Assembly: GCA_964019425.1 (NCBI GenBank)
Contig: OZ025781.1
Coordinates: forward strand, 744,001 to 808,000
Reading direction: 5' to 3'
DNA length: 64,000 nucleotides
Source of the DNA: Flectonema sp. DT1601
Lineage: Eukaryota
Shown: positions 8,879 to 20,132 of the stretch, piece after piece
Layout: each line of letters starts with the position of its first letter
How positions within the stretch are numbered: position 1 is the stretch's first letter
Notes under the pieces: model-generated
Told to the model about the DNA's origin: nothing
What the model saw: only the letters and a program-made list of their open reading frames with translations
The model's database searches: none
Translations under genes and position numbers: made by a program

Positions 8879-11800
8879 ATGGCAGAAACTTGGGACGGTG
8901 ATATGGGAGAGAACATACACGCAGGAGATCAAATGGGTGATCACATGGGCGATCAAATGGGTGATCAGATGGGGGATCACATGGGCGATCAGATGGGAGA
9001 TCAAATGGGCGACCACATGGGTGATCAGATGGGTGATCAAATGGGAGATGTCGACTGGGGAGAGCCAGAGACTGATGGCCAAGATGTTCCGTGGAAGGAT
9101 CCACAATGGAGTGATGGAGGAAGTGCAGGTCAAGCTGAACAACCAATGCAATTAGACCCAGCTGCTCACGTTGCTGTGTTGAATGTTACGTATGAAAACT
9201 TTATAGACCAATATGGATTATGGGCTGGCATCATGAGAGAACAGTTTGGTGAGAAATTCGATCTCTGGGAACTCGGTGAAAACCTCTACGACGAGGAAAT
9301 CATCGAATTTTTCCCCGACCCAGGTGCTGAGCTCACTCGAATCCTAGCAACTGAACCTGACTGTCAGCTACCTGATGACCCAATTGCTCCTTTATATCAA
9401 AGATTACATGATGGTATGAAAGAATATAGAGGAGGTGCGTACGCTCAAGATGAAATCGATACGTTGTTTCTAACTTACTTAGTTCCTTTATCTGTTGAGA
9501 GTTGTGAGACAGTAAAAACAGAATTAGATAAGGCTTTTCCTTCTTCAAAACTGGAATCAGTTTTTGTAATGAACGTAGCGAGTGATTTAACTCAGCTCCT
9601 ACAAGGAGAAGAACCTCTCGCATTAGATCCTGTGGTTAGAGCAGCTGAAGAAGAAATACTCGAGGAACCTGATCGCAGACGTGACCACGTAGCTACAATT
9701 AGATCTGAGTGGTTATTTGAGAATGCTCGCATTGCTCGTTATCACCTCCGTCATTGTGGAGGTGGTAATTCATTTTATCGTTTCATGAGTGAAGTTGGTA
9801 CTGGTGTAGGATTTCGTATTTACATTGCTTTCTGGCTACTCTGCGCCTCCATAATGGGATGCTGCCTCGGATGGCATCTTCAGTTCACAATTCTTGTTGA
9901 CTTGTTCTTGCCTGCTCAGTCTAAGTACATGGTCTCTGTTGGATTCTTCGCAATGTTCTTATTATCAATAATATTCATGGGATCATATATCACTGCTCTT
10001 GATCGTATTTGGACTGGTTGGTTGTTCTTTGATGATGAAACATACTTCTCAGATGAAGATTTCAGCTTGCGATGCCGCAAAAAGGAAGGTTGTCCATACC
10101 CAAGAAGACAATACAATAATGCTTTAGAAGCGTACAACACTTGTCCCCACTTACTACCTCCTCATTATAGAAGAACTTTCTTAAATTTACCAACTGGTTG
10201 GATAAGACGTGAGATGTGGATGACTATTGCGGTTATTTTAACTACAACATGTCCATTCTTGTACGCTATCATCTACGGTATCAGTCAGAAGGAAAGTTTA
10301 TTTACGATGATTGGTCATTATGTCACTTGGAATATCTGTACTGTGTTATGCTTTACGATCTCTTACTGGACATACATGGGATACTTTGCATTTAGAAAGA
10401 AGTATGGAGCGATAAGAAGAACAAGACAAGCCCATAAGGAAGCGAAGGAAGCTGGAACAACAGGTGAATTTGATGAAGGCAACCAATCATGGTACAGCGA
10501 TACTGACGTACTCGCTGAGTTTGGATTAAATGAGAGGAGTATTACTGAAAACCTTCTCGTGATGGTCACATCACTAGCGGCACTTATCTTCTTTTGGGTC
10601 GCTTCTTATGATAAATTTCACTCCGAAGTCACTGCCGAGTGGATCATTACTGCTGGTTTAATCGCATTAATAATGCTTGCAGTACGTGAGACTTGGAGAT
10701 CTGAATCCATCAGAGATATGGTTCCATTAGTAATGATGGTTCTAATTGTTATATTCTTTGGAATCGGTCTTGCTGGGGCTATTGAAATCAAGGGAGGAGG
10801 AATTTGTGTTTATATTATTCTGGTGTTGGGTTCTCAGATGATGATGCTTCGTCATCGTGTTGAAGATGAGGTCCCAAATATTCAAATTGCTCTTTCGTTT
10901 TTAAGAAAAGCATTCCATCTACTAACCCTTGGGATTAGAGATGAAGCAGAGAGAACTAGTTCTAAAATACAGGGACTTGAAGAGCTTGTTAACCTAGTCA
11001 GTAATGCACGTGCTGAGCCAACAGCACAAACTCCACGAGGTAAGATGGCACGTCACCTTCAACAAAAGTTAACGATCAGTACTAAAGAAGCAAAGAAACT
11101 TCACAGAGCTGGACAACCACAACGAGATGAATCATACATTCCACTGGTGGGAGTTTTAAAAATGGTTTTCATGCCATGTCTGTGGAAGTGCTGTAGTAAC
11201 CGTTACGAAATGGACATTGATGATCTTGACGATGATGAGGCGCTTCCTCAAGGACTCGACGACGCTGCAAAAAAGAAGCGAATGAAGGAAATCGAACGCG
11301 CCAGAAGACAGAAACGCAAACGGCTCCAACTTGAAAAAGAAGATCGTTACGGCCACTGGAGACTACCTCGATCATATTGGGGAGATGACATTGCTCATTC
11401 TCAAGAAATTTATCAAAAATATAAATACGAACCGTCTGACAAACTTATTCAAACGATATCACCAAAGTTAACCTGTTGGTATATGTTAGTATTCTTAATT
11501 ATTGCAGTCTTGGGAATAGCACTTATTGGAGAAGACTTACACGGTAATCTCTCTGTTGGAAACAGTGCACCAGCTGATGCTGTGGCCGGTATTCGGACCT
11601 ATCCAGTCTGCAGAATGAAGTTACCATTCTTACCTTCAGAAATCTCTATTTCTGATGTGGCGATGTTGGCGGAGATCGCACAGTCTCAGCCTTATGAAGT
11701 AGTTGCAAAGGTAGCAAGTTGGTTTGATCGAGACGTGTTCTTTGTTGGGTCAAATCAATGCAAGTTCAACGCTGATGGAACAATCAACTTCTGTAGCGGA

Positions 11801-12549
11801 AATACTGAAATACAACAATTCTATCATTTTATACACCCTGCTTCCTCAACTAACTTCATCGTCTTCAGAACACCTCAGAAGAGTCAACAAGTAATGACAG
11901 CTATTGATGTTTGGGGTGAATCGATGTTATTTCAAGTAATCTCAAGTGTCGTTCCGCTGTTGAAATATTGTTCTCTAAATGTCGAGAAAGACTTTGTATA
12001 TGGTTTCTCACTAGTAAAACAAGCTTTAGAAAATGAAGAACACGACTTAGGAGCAACAGTTGAAAAATTCACTGAATACATGGAACGTTGGAAGGACTTT
12101 GGACAGTTTTATCTTAACCCAGCGACAAAGAACACTCCGATGACGTACTCGACTGATATGAGAGTCGTATTAGTTGGTCATGGTTTCAATGGAGGAATGG
12201 CTAGAATTAACGGAGCTCGATTCAACATGCCGGCAGTGACATTCAGCTCTCCTGGAGTTTCTTGGATTGAAAAGCGTTTTGACTTGAAAGACAATGGATA
12301 CCAAACCATCAACATCGCTCCTGAAGTAGACATCATTCCTGATGTTGATCATCAAGATGGTGTGACCCAACATATTCAGTATGTGAAATTAATTTTTTTT
12401 TTATTAATTTTATTATTCATAATCTAATAAACAAACAATAAAAAAACAGATGCAAAGAAGACAGCGCCTCAAAATGTCACCACATGAAAACAACACTTTG
12501 CGAGCTTCTCTCTCAATGTGGAAAGAGAGGTAAGGTTTATGTATGTTAA
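8879..12549 (+). CDS. Multi-pass membrane protein with C-terminal class-3 (Atg15-like) lipase-fold domain lacking the catalytic Ser, 2 exons
   Basis: Many hydrophobic segments; VVLVGHGFNGG, AVTFSSPG, DIIPDVD. Intron 12379-12449 joins QHIQ to CKEDSASKCHHMKTTLCELLSQCG. First ATG after the TTTTCCAG acceptor is 8879. Confidence 0.8.
8924..9049 (+). repeat. Coding 12-bp tandem repeat, (GD[Q/H]M) x10.5
   Basis: Translates GDQMGDHMGDQMGDQMGDHM...; the H/Q pattern recurs every 36 bp. Confidence 0.95.
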
Positions 12550-14655
12550 TTTATTTTATTATTTTTATATTTAACACTTATCAGTTATGTTGTTCTCATT
12601 TTAAATACTGAAAAATGATGAAATCTCACTTTAAGGTGAAATATTATGATCCTCTCTTCTCAGCTGAGGAAATGAAATTACTTCCAAAAGAAAATATAAT
12701 AAAGACGCCTGACAATACTTTAGCTCCTGTTTTTTTTTGCATTTAACAAGTATTGTAAGAACGAAAAAGAATGTTGGCAGCACACGTAAACCTCCTTTAG
12801 CTTTATCAGTTTAAGTCGGTTCACGGTTTCGTGCACAAACAAAAAATCACAGTGTTATATCATTATTTTCTGTATAGTTGAAGATAAAGCCAATTCTTTT
12901 TAATAGTTTTTTTGAAAAATTAATAATAAAACCAAAACAGTCATTCTGTCCTTAAAATGTTCCATCTCTGAATGAGATTGAACTTTTGGAAGATTCGGCA
13001 GCAGGTGAACGTTAGGAGTATTTGTGATGTTGCAGGTAACGTTACCAATTTCGTTTTTTTTTTTTTTTTTTTCCCGCTTTCTTTTCCACAACAATTTGTA
13101 TATTTATTAGAGGTACGGGACTCTCAGTTGACATGCAACTATTGTCTTTATTTATTGCTTAAAGGTCCGAACTAGGAAGTTGTAAAAGTTTCTTGTCTCC
13201 TTCTCTGTTCCCTCTTCCCCTTTCCTTTTTTTTTGTCATTGGTATGATGTGTAAATGAAAGGCTTTTGTGTGATGCAAAAAAAAAAAAAAATAGAATAAT
13301 AATAAAAGTGAAAGAATCTTTTTTTATACAAATAATAGATAGCCTTCAGTTACTTATCCCCCTCATCCCTGTTCGTCTTATCGCTGTCCCCCTTTGTTAA
13401 AATTAAGGAAATTAGTCTCCCCAACCCCCCTGATACTGCTCACATCAAGTGTGGAGAGAGGAAAACGTTAGCTGAGGTGCTGTAGTTTAATTATGACTGA
13501 CTCACCTAGCTCAAAGAAAGGTTATTCTTTATCATTACCGTTGTTGTTGTACTGAACCTCTTTAACAACACGGGATAAAAGCAAAACCTTAACAGATGTT
13601 AAATTATCGTCGTGTTTTTTACAAGACAATAAATTAATTTCCCGGACCTTCAGTCGACTTGTCTCATAGATTACTAATATTTTAAATTAGTTGAACCTTT
13701 TGATACAATAAACCCCCCCCTGCCATCGGAGTCTACGATACTATTGTTTTTTTAATAAAAATGAATGTAGCTTTTTGCTCTGCCACCATTATTTTGGTAT
13801 TCGTGGTTTCTGTTTTATCAGATTGCGTTGTACATTATCAATCTACCCCTCTCGGTGTCTAAATCACTGCCTTGTGTGGAATTATTTTATGATTCCTTTT
13901 AGGGAGTGATGGTTTGTGGTATCGTTTTTTTAACCATTAGGGAGAGGATTCTAAATTTAAAAAAAAAAAAAAAAAAAATAGATTTTTTGTTTTGTTTTTT
14001 TTTCCCTGCTTTATTTTCTCCCCTTGTTCTTATTTTTCTTTTCCCTTCTACATTAGTTGGTAAGTTGACCTGCTGTCGCCCTCCTCTATCGTAGAGCATT
14101 GCAGTGATGCATTGCTGAGCTTTCTAATTGGTTGGTGACGGGTAATCTCTTTCTTGTTGGGGATGTTTGGTCCCCTTCTCCAAAGACTGTCACATTAAAA
14201 GAAAGAAAAACATCGAAAAAATGATTTTTTTTCGTGTCATTGTCTGTAGTGTGAGTAGTAATTAGTTATGGAGAACAAGTAAAAACAACAAGTCTAATGC
14301 TTTAGGTCATCTTTACTTTGGTTGTGTGAAATAGACTTCTCCTATTCGTCTTTCTTTTGTCGTCAATTTCCCCCGTCATTCCCCTCACTGAATCTCATTT
14401 TTGTTATTATCGTCTGTCTTCTCATCTCCCCGTGACCCTTTTACCATTAGTAGTTACCTGGTGATTGGTATCTTTTTTTTGTACTACGTTCGTTGTTTTC
14501 GTTTTGGATTTTTTTGTGTTTTTATTTTCAACCAGACATAACATGGAGTGATGTGTCAGTGTGATTGTGACAGCTGAGATTCTGTTTTTGTTAATTTGTT
14601 TTCAAAATTTGAATTCTATTTTTTTTTTTTTCCATCAGAGCTTACCGTCAACAAG

Positions 14656-15636
14656 ATGCCTTTTCACATGGCGGCGGCGCTCGAGAAAATTTCAAATATG
14701 AGATTGGCTGGTGCGAAAGACCGTTGTGAACGAGTTCTATCTCCTGTTCAGTCTCCGTCGAGTAAGAAAGGAACTACATTTGATCGAAGTACTCCACAGA
14801 AGATGAGAGCACCTCATGGAGTAACAGAAGTTCCGATTGATATTTGCAATGAAATGGAAGATTCTAAGAAACCCTCCGGACTACCAAAGGGGGAAACTAA
14901 AATGCCGGATGATCTTTGCGAACATTTGGGTTCCATCAGACGAAAGAAAGCAACTCTCGAAGGACTTAACGAAGTACGCAAACAGCTGATCATCTCCAGC
15001 TCTCCAGAACGTACTCGACTGACTCCAATAGTTCCGTTAGAAGAAGCACCGAGATCTCCAAAACTTAGCGACCGCATGGCTGGTCATTTAATGAAACCCT
15101 TGTCAGATGCTATTCGTGAGAAGGAAATTGCTGCCTCTCCAGTTGGAGATGAAGCAAATATATTAAAACAGGGTGACATTGTTAAAAGGAACCCAAGATA
15201 TTGGAAATGGGGATCGCAAGATTCACATGGGGAAGGGACTGTCAAAAACCCTCCTTCAAATGGATGGGTTTGGGTAACATGGAAAGGAACAAGTTTAACT
15301 GGTAGTTATCGATATGGTAATAGTGGGGCTTTTGATGTTCAAAAAGTTAGAGATCCGGAGTCGCCTCTTATTTCTCCGAGATTCGGATCTCCGAAGCCAG
15401 TCGTCGCACTTGAAGAACCGACTGAACAGATCACTTACTCATCACCGACTACAACAAAAGCATCTTCTCCAAAAATGCATCTTCAGTGTCCCTGTCATGA
15501 AGTTGTTTTATTATCTGACAGAGACATTCCAACTTGGGTAAGTCCTCGTCGTGTTGTTGTAGAAACAAAACAAACACCGACCAGTCGTAAAGATGACATC
15601 CTAAATAGAGTAGCTGGAGTGATGTTGATGAGATGA
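14656..15636 (+). CDS. Disordered SP-rich protein with one MIB/HERC2 domain
   Basis: GDIVKRNPRYWKWGSQD...GTV...GWVWVTW...SYRYG...FDV is the MIB-HERC2 signature; ATG at 14656 follows a T-tract and CATCAG. Confidence 0.8.
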   Translation: MPFHMAAALEKISNMRLAGAKDRCERVLSPVQSPSSKKGTTFDRSTPQKMRAPHGVTEVPIDICNEMEDSKKPSGLPKGETKMPDDLCEHLGSIRRKKATLEGLNEVRKQLIISSSPERTRLTPIVPLEEAPRSPKLSDRMAGHLMKPLSDAIREKEIAASPVGDEANILKQGDIVKRNPRYWKWGSQDSHGEGTVKNPPSNGWVWVTWKGTSLTGSYRYGNSGAFDVQKVRDPESPLISPRFGSPKPVVALEEPTEQITYSSPTTTKASSPKMHLQCPCHEVVLLSDRDIPTWVSPRRVVVETKQTPTSRKDDILNRVAGVMLMR

Positions 15637-16176
15637 CTTTGTGAGACTCACTTCTTCTCTATTCTCAGGTGTTAATGTTGTTTGATGTATTTTATTGCTT
15701 GGAGAGGGTTTTTTTTCTCTTATTTTGTTCCTCTTTTAGAGGACTCGTTTAGTTTACCCGAACAGCGAAAAAATTCTCTTTTTTTTTCTTTCTTTATTTT
15801 CAATTCAATAATGTTATTCTATTCGTAGCTTCCTTATTTTCTAACTCCTTTCTGACTCTGTTGTCATTTTCAGTTATTTATTGTTATTAATAGCTAGTCA
15901 GCATAAGACGCTCCGACTATGAACATGTTTGATGTTCATTTTCATGTTAGTTTGTCACACAGTTGACTAATGTCTTTACCGTATCAGAACTACTTCTGAA
16001 CTGCTGGAGTATTCTTTCTTTTTTTTTAACATTTGTGAATTTATCTTTTTGGGTAGTATCTCTTCAACATGTCTTGTGCTGTCAGTAGGCGGTTGAGAAT
16101 TATTATATTCCTGTTGGAGTCTTACTGACTGGTTGGTTTTTTTTTTTTTTTTTTTGTGGATATAAAATTCGTTTTA

Positions 16177-16449
16177 GTGATTGTGTTTGGGGTCGATTGA
16201 CTCCTGTTCCATGTTTGTGTATTTCATAGTTAGACAACTGAGTTGACTGACTAGTGCTGCTTTGCTCTACTTATGGGTATTCTGTTTTGTAGAGTGATTG
16301 TGTTTGGGGTCGATTGACTCCTGTTCCATGTTTGTGTATTTCATAGTTAGACAACTGAGTTGACTGACTAGCGCTGCTTTGCTCTACTTATAGGTATTCT
16401 GTTTTGTAGAGTGATTGTGTTTGGGGTCGGTTGACTCCTGTTCCATGTT
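16177..16449. repeat. 117-bp tandem repeat, ~2.3 copies
   Basis: GTGATTGTGTTTGGGGTCG... recurs at 16177, 16294 and 16411 with few mismatches. Confidence 0.9.
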
Positions 16450-17053
16450 CGTAATATCTCTTGAGTCCTTCAGTTAGGTTAACTATCTGCTGCTTTACAA
16501 CTTCTTCAGTTGACATATCGAGGACAACGATTCAATTATTCCTGTTACTAGACAGTTGAGAATTATTGTATTCCTCTTGTCTTATTGACTGGTCAGTTTT
16601 TCTTTTTTTTTTCTTTTTGATAATTTTTTTTGGTAACGTATTTGTGTTTGGAGTCCAATCGGCTCCTATCCCATGTTAGTGTCCAGTAAAAGACAGTTGT
16701 GGTGATTTCAATTTCCTTCAGTGGAAACTAGAGCCTGTCTGTCTTTGTGTTTTATTCAAAGAAGGAAAAAAAAAAAGGATCCGCAGCCTCGGATACTGTC
16801 ACTTTTTTTTTTTTCATTCTTTTCCCCCACTTATGTTTGATATATACTTCCCTTTCTACCGCTGCGTGAGACTTATTTTCATCGCACGTGGATCTTTTTT
16901 TTTTTCTTCTCTTTTTTTTTTTTTTTTTTTTTTTCCCCCTCTTTTTCATTCTTCTTGTTTGTAGCAACAAAATTCGTATTCTGTTCTAAGTAATACTTGA
17001 ATGACACATGTTGGATTTGATTATATTATTGTCCCTTTTAGGATTATACACCA

Positions 17054-17078
17054 TGATGATGATGATGATGATGATGAT
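17054..17078. repeat. (ATG/GAT)n microsatellite
   Basis: About 8 perfect trinucleotide units. Confidence 0.85.
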
Positions 17079-17131
17079 ACTTACATAAGATTCAAAGTAA
17101 CCCTGTTTCTTGACAGTAATATTTTCAACAG

Positions 17132-18136
17132 AATTGTATCTCCCATAAAATAGTACAACGACGGGCTCAGCGTACAGCCACAGTAGGTGGAGTTAGGAGA
17201 AGGGACTACATTCAACAAGTAGATGGGGTTGGAAGAGATGATGATGAGTTGTCATTCGCGATAGTACCACTTCTCGTAATGACTTTAGGTTTCGGGGGAT
17301 GGGGTGTGTGGGAATATTCGAATAAAGAAGCAGCACACGCATTAAGATCTGATCGAACCAATCGTTTTAACAATCGAGTTGACGAATGGGAAACAACAGC
17401 TTTACCAAACTGGAAGAAATTATCCAACAAAAACCTCGCCATAGCAGGTATGAATTCATCTAACGTTGTTTATAATCTGAAAGCTGATTATAGTGATGTC
17501 GTGTCGAAGGCCTCAGATATTCATGAATACACTCCAATGAAATATATTTATTCAGGTTCGTTTACTCATTCTACCTCTTGGAAAGCTAATCTGTTGCTTT
17601 CTAACTATTCAATTGTTCCATCAAATATTATTGTGGGTCTTCCTTCATCGTTGTTGATGACGAAGATACAAACCAGCGCTAGCAGCACTTGGAAATTATG
17701 TTATCACACAAAGAGAGGAGCGTTTGATCAAACAACTGGTACGTGTACAGTTTATCAAAGGCTTATGGCTGTTTGTTTTGTATTACATCCTGATGGAGAT
17801 ACTTGGAAATATTCTCATGGATGTTACAAAGACGGTACTGAATACCAGAAATACGAACCTACTCCCGTCAGATCAAAATTTCTTGGACCTCTTCATGTTG
17901 ACTTCCCACACATTTATGTAACTTTTAGACATATTTCTGATCCGTATCTTTTTCGTGAAGAATTTGGTCGGAGTCACGGTGACATTCACGCTACGTTGTA
18001 TCTCCTTACTACTGTTGTAGGAATTCTATTTATCTTACTGGCGGTTGTTATTTATAAAGCGATGATAAAATACAAACAAACAAGAGAAAAAGTAGTCTCA
18101 CATCCACTGTCTAGCATCGGTACGTCTACTTTATGA
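17132..18136 (+). CDS. Membrane protein with two TM helices flanking a Cys-containing loop; 5' end unresolved
   Basis: The frame is open from the AACAG at 17131 to TGA 18136. Hydrophobic segments are LSFAIVPLLVMTLGFGGWGVW and LYLLTTVVGILFILLAVVIY. No in-frame ATG lies before TM1. Confidence 0.65.
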   Translation, partial: NCISHKIVQRRAQRTATVGGVRRRDYIQQVDGVGRDDDELSFAIVPLLVMTLGFGGWGVWEYSNKEAAHALRSDRTNRFNNRVDEWETTALPNWKKLSNKNLAIAGMNSSNVVYNLKADYSDVVSKASDIHEYTPMKYIYSGSFTHSTSWKANLLLSNYSIVPSNIIVGLPSSLLMTKIQTSASSTWKLCYHTKRGAFDQTTGTCTVYQRLMAVCFVLHPDGDTWKYSHGCYKDGTEYQKYEPTPVRSKFLGPLHVDFPHIYVTFRHISDPYLFREEFGRSHGDIHATLYLLTTVVGILFILLAVVIYKAMIKYKQTREKVVSHPLSSIGTSTL

Positions 18137-18258
18137 TAATTTATATTTCTCTTTCGCATTGAAGAGATCTTCTCTTTAATTCTTTTGTAAGTATCTGATG
18201 GGTTGTTATAGTTTGATATGATTAGTTTTTACTCCATTTTTTTTTCAGTCAAAACAGA

Positions 18259-19185
18259 ATGCCAACAGACTTCAGTTCTCAGATATTACAATGTCCATTA
18301 GACGACGATGGTTTTGTTCGTAGTTTTGATGTCGAAGATGAGAATGGAATAAAAGATTTTCTTAACGAATACGGTTTTGTTACAATAAAAGATGTTCTGA
18401 CAACAGAGCAATGCGATGCTACGATTGATGAGTTTTGGGAAAGCAACGAATCGCAGGGACTAAAAAGAGACGATCCCTCTACTTGGGAAGACTTTTGGAA
18501 CAATCAACGTTTTAGTAGGTTTGCTATAATTGGTCTGATGGCTGACTTTTCAAAATGTCAACTAGAGAATCGACAGAATGAGAAATTATACAAAGCCTGT
18601 AAAACTATCTACGGAAAACGCAATCTAATTGTTGATCACGATAGGTTGGGCATCATGAGACCAACTAAGAATAATCCTGAATGGAAAACAATCAGCAATT
18701 GGCTTCACTTAGATTGCAATCCTTTATCAGGTAATCCCAGTATCGGTAGCTTCTCGGATGATGGAACTCCCGTTGACTTCGACAACCAACTAATTGGACA
18801 ATCTCTATTCGCTTTAACAAATCAACTTGTTGAGGATGGTGGATTTCACTGTGTTCCTGGTAGTCATAAATTTTCTAAAAAATGGGCTTCGGAAAACCAG
18901 TTTTCAGGAAGTAGTTGCAACATGAATGTTCCTAAAGATGATCACCTTCACGACGCAATTCAACAGATTCCCTTGAGAAAGGGAAGTTTTTTGTTTTGGA
19001 CTTCTCTTTTATTTCACGGAAACCATCCAAACGACTCTGAGCAGTTTAGAGGAGTTCAGTACATCCGACTAATGCCAACCGGAATGAGATACTCACCAAT
19101 GGTAACGGATGATAAGTGGTTCCCAAATGACTTTAAAGTCACCCCACATGGAAGGAATGTATTCGGCTTCGAGCCCTACAGTTAG
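18259..19185 (+). CDS. Phytanoyl-CoA dioxygenase (PhyH) family 2OG/Fe(II) oxygenase
   Basis: EYGFVTIKDVL, HxD motif (WLHLD), GGFHCVPGSH, distal His (LFHGNHPN) and conserved Arg. Confidence 0.85.
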   Translation: MPTDFSSQILQCPLDDDGFVRSFDVEDENGIKDFLNEYGFVTIKDVLTTEQCDATIDEFWESNESQGLKRDDPSTWEDFWNNQRFSRFAIIGLMADFSKCQLENRQNEKLYKACKTIYGKRNLIVDHDRLGIMRPTKNNPEWKTISNWLHLDCNPLSGNPSIGSFSDDGTPVDFDNQLIGQSLFALTNQLVEDGGFHCVPGSHKFSKKWASENQFSGSSCNMNVPKDDHLHDAIQQIPLRKGSFLFWTSLLFHGNHPNDSEQFRGVQYIRLMPTGMRYSPMVTDDKWFPNDFKVTPHGRNVFGFEPYS

Positions 19186-19379
19186 TTATTAGGAAGTAGT
19201 ACACAAATTGAAAATGATTAACCCTAGCCTTAGTCAGATTATTTTAGTTAATTATTGTATTAAGCTTGAGGCTCCTTAAGCTGCGCATATCGGTGTTTTC
19301 TTTTTTTAAAGATTTTTCTTTTTAAATCTTGATTTAGTGAGCACTAACAAAAAGAAACTCAACAACATAGCATTTTCAG

Positions 19380-19830
19380 AACAGGGTAGACAATTAATGC
19401 AGGTTTTAGTAATGTTCCCGGATTTGGGACTCCCCGCAGTTTCATTCACAGTTGGCTGATTCTCTGGTGGGCGACGTATTAACTGCGACAGCTGACGAGT
19501 GGGATCGATGCGGAAGAAGTGGAGGTGGTGAGCTTCTTTGCCGAATTACTTAGCAAACTCGTCTTAATCTTTCTGGTTTCAGTAGTGTCACCTTCAGTAG
19601 TGTCACCTTCAGTAGTGTCACCTTCAGTAGTGTCACCTTCAGTAGTGTCACCTTCAGTAGTGTCACCACTATTGGGAGGTACTTCTTTTGAACAATCAAC
19701 TTTTCTGATCTATCTGAGTAGTGTTTCTATTGTGACATCATTTTTCCTTGTTCATCTCTTGCTACCATTGACCTTTCTAGTCTTAGTAGTGTTACTACTA
19801 TTGGTTATTGTTTCATGGGATACTATTCTG
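19380..19830 (-). pseudogene. Possible decayed minus-strand coding remnant containing GDTTE repeats
   Basis: The minus frame reads as hydrophilic protein (RIVSHETITNSSNTTKTRKVNGSKR*TRKND...LLR*IRKVD...GDTTE) interrupted by stop codons. Confidence 0.3.
19578..19667. repeat. Perfect 15-bp tandem repeat (TTCAGTAGTGTCACC) x6
   Basis: Directly visible; reads (GDTTE)n on the minus strand. Confidence 0.95.
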
Positions 19831-20132
19831 TAACCACAATTGACTTTGCTGGTATGAGTGAATATAAAACAATTATTTTAAAAAGGTTGCAGAGCTGATC
19901 ACCGGTCTGAATTATTTCTTGTCGTTTTTTCACAGGTAATCACAGCTATCATCTATTGTATCTGATGAATTTTCTTCCATGTAAAATGTAAAATGCAAGA
20001 AAAAAAAAAAAAGAAGAAAAAAAAAAACGACTTCAACATAACAACAGTACGTGTCTCTTGGTAACGAGAACTTGAGGAGGAAGACCTACTTACGATGATA
20101 TTTATTGTATTGCCTCAACAGACACACAACAG

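Noticed and set aside
16177..16449. Regularly spaced repeats as a CRISPR array
   Set aside because: Whole units are repeated with no unique spacers, there are no cas genes, and the context is eukaryotic.
19519..19833. Hydrophobic + strand ORF with SVVSP repeats as a membrane protein
   Set aside because: GTG start with no ATG, and the composition is what antisense of a hydrophilic sequence would give.
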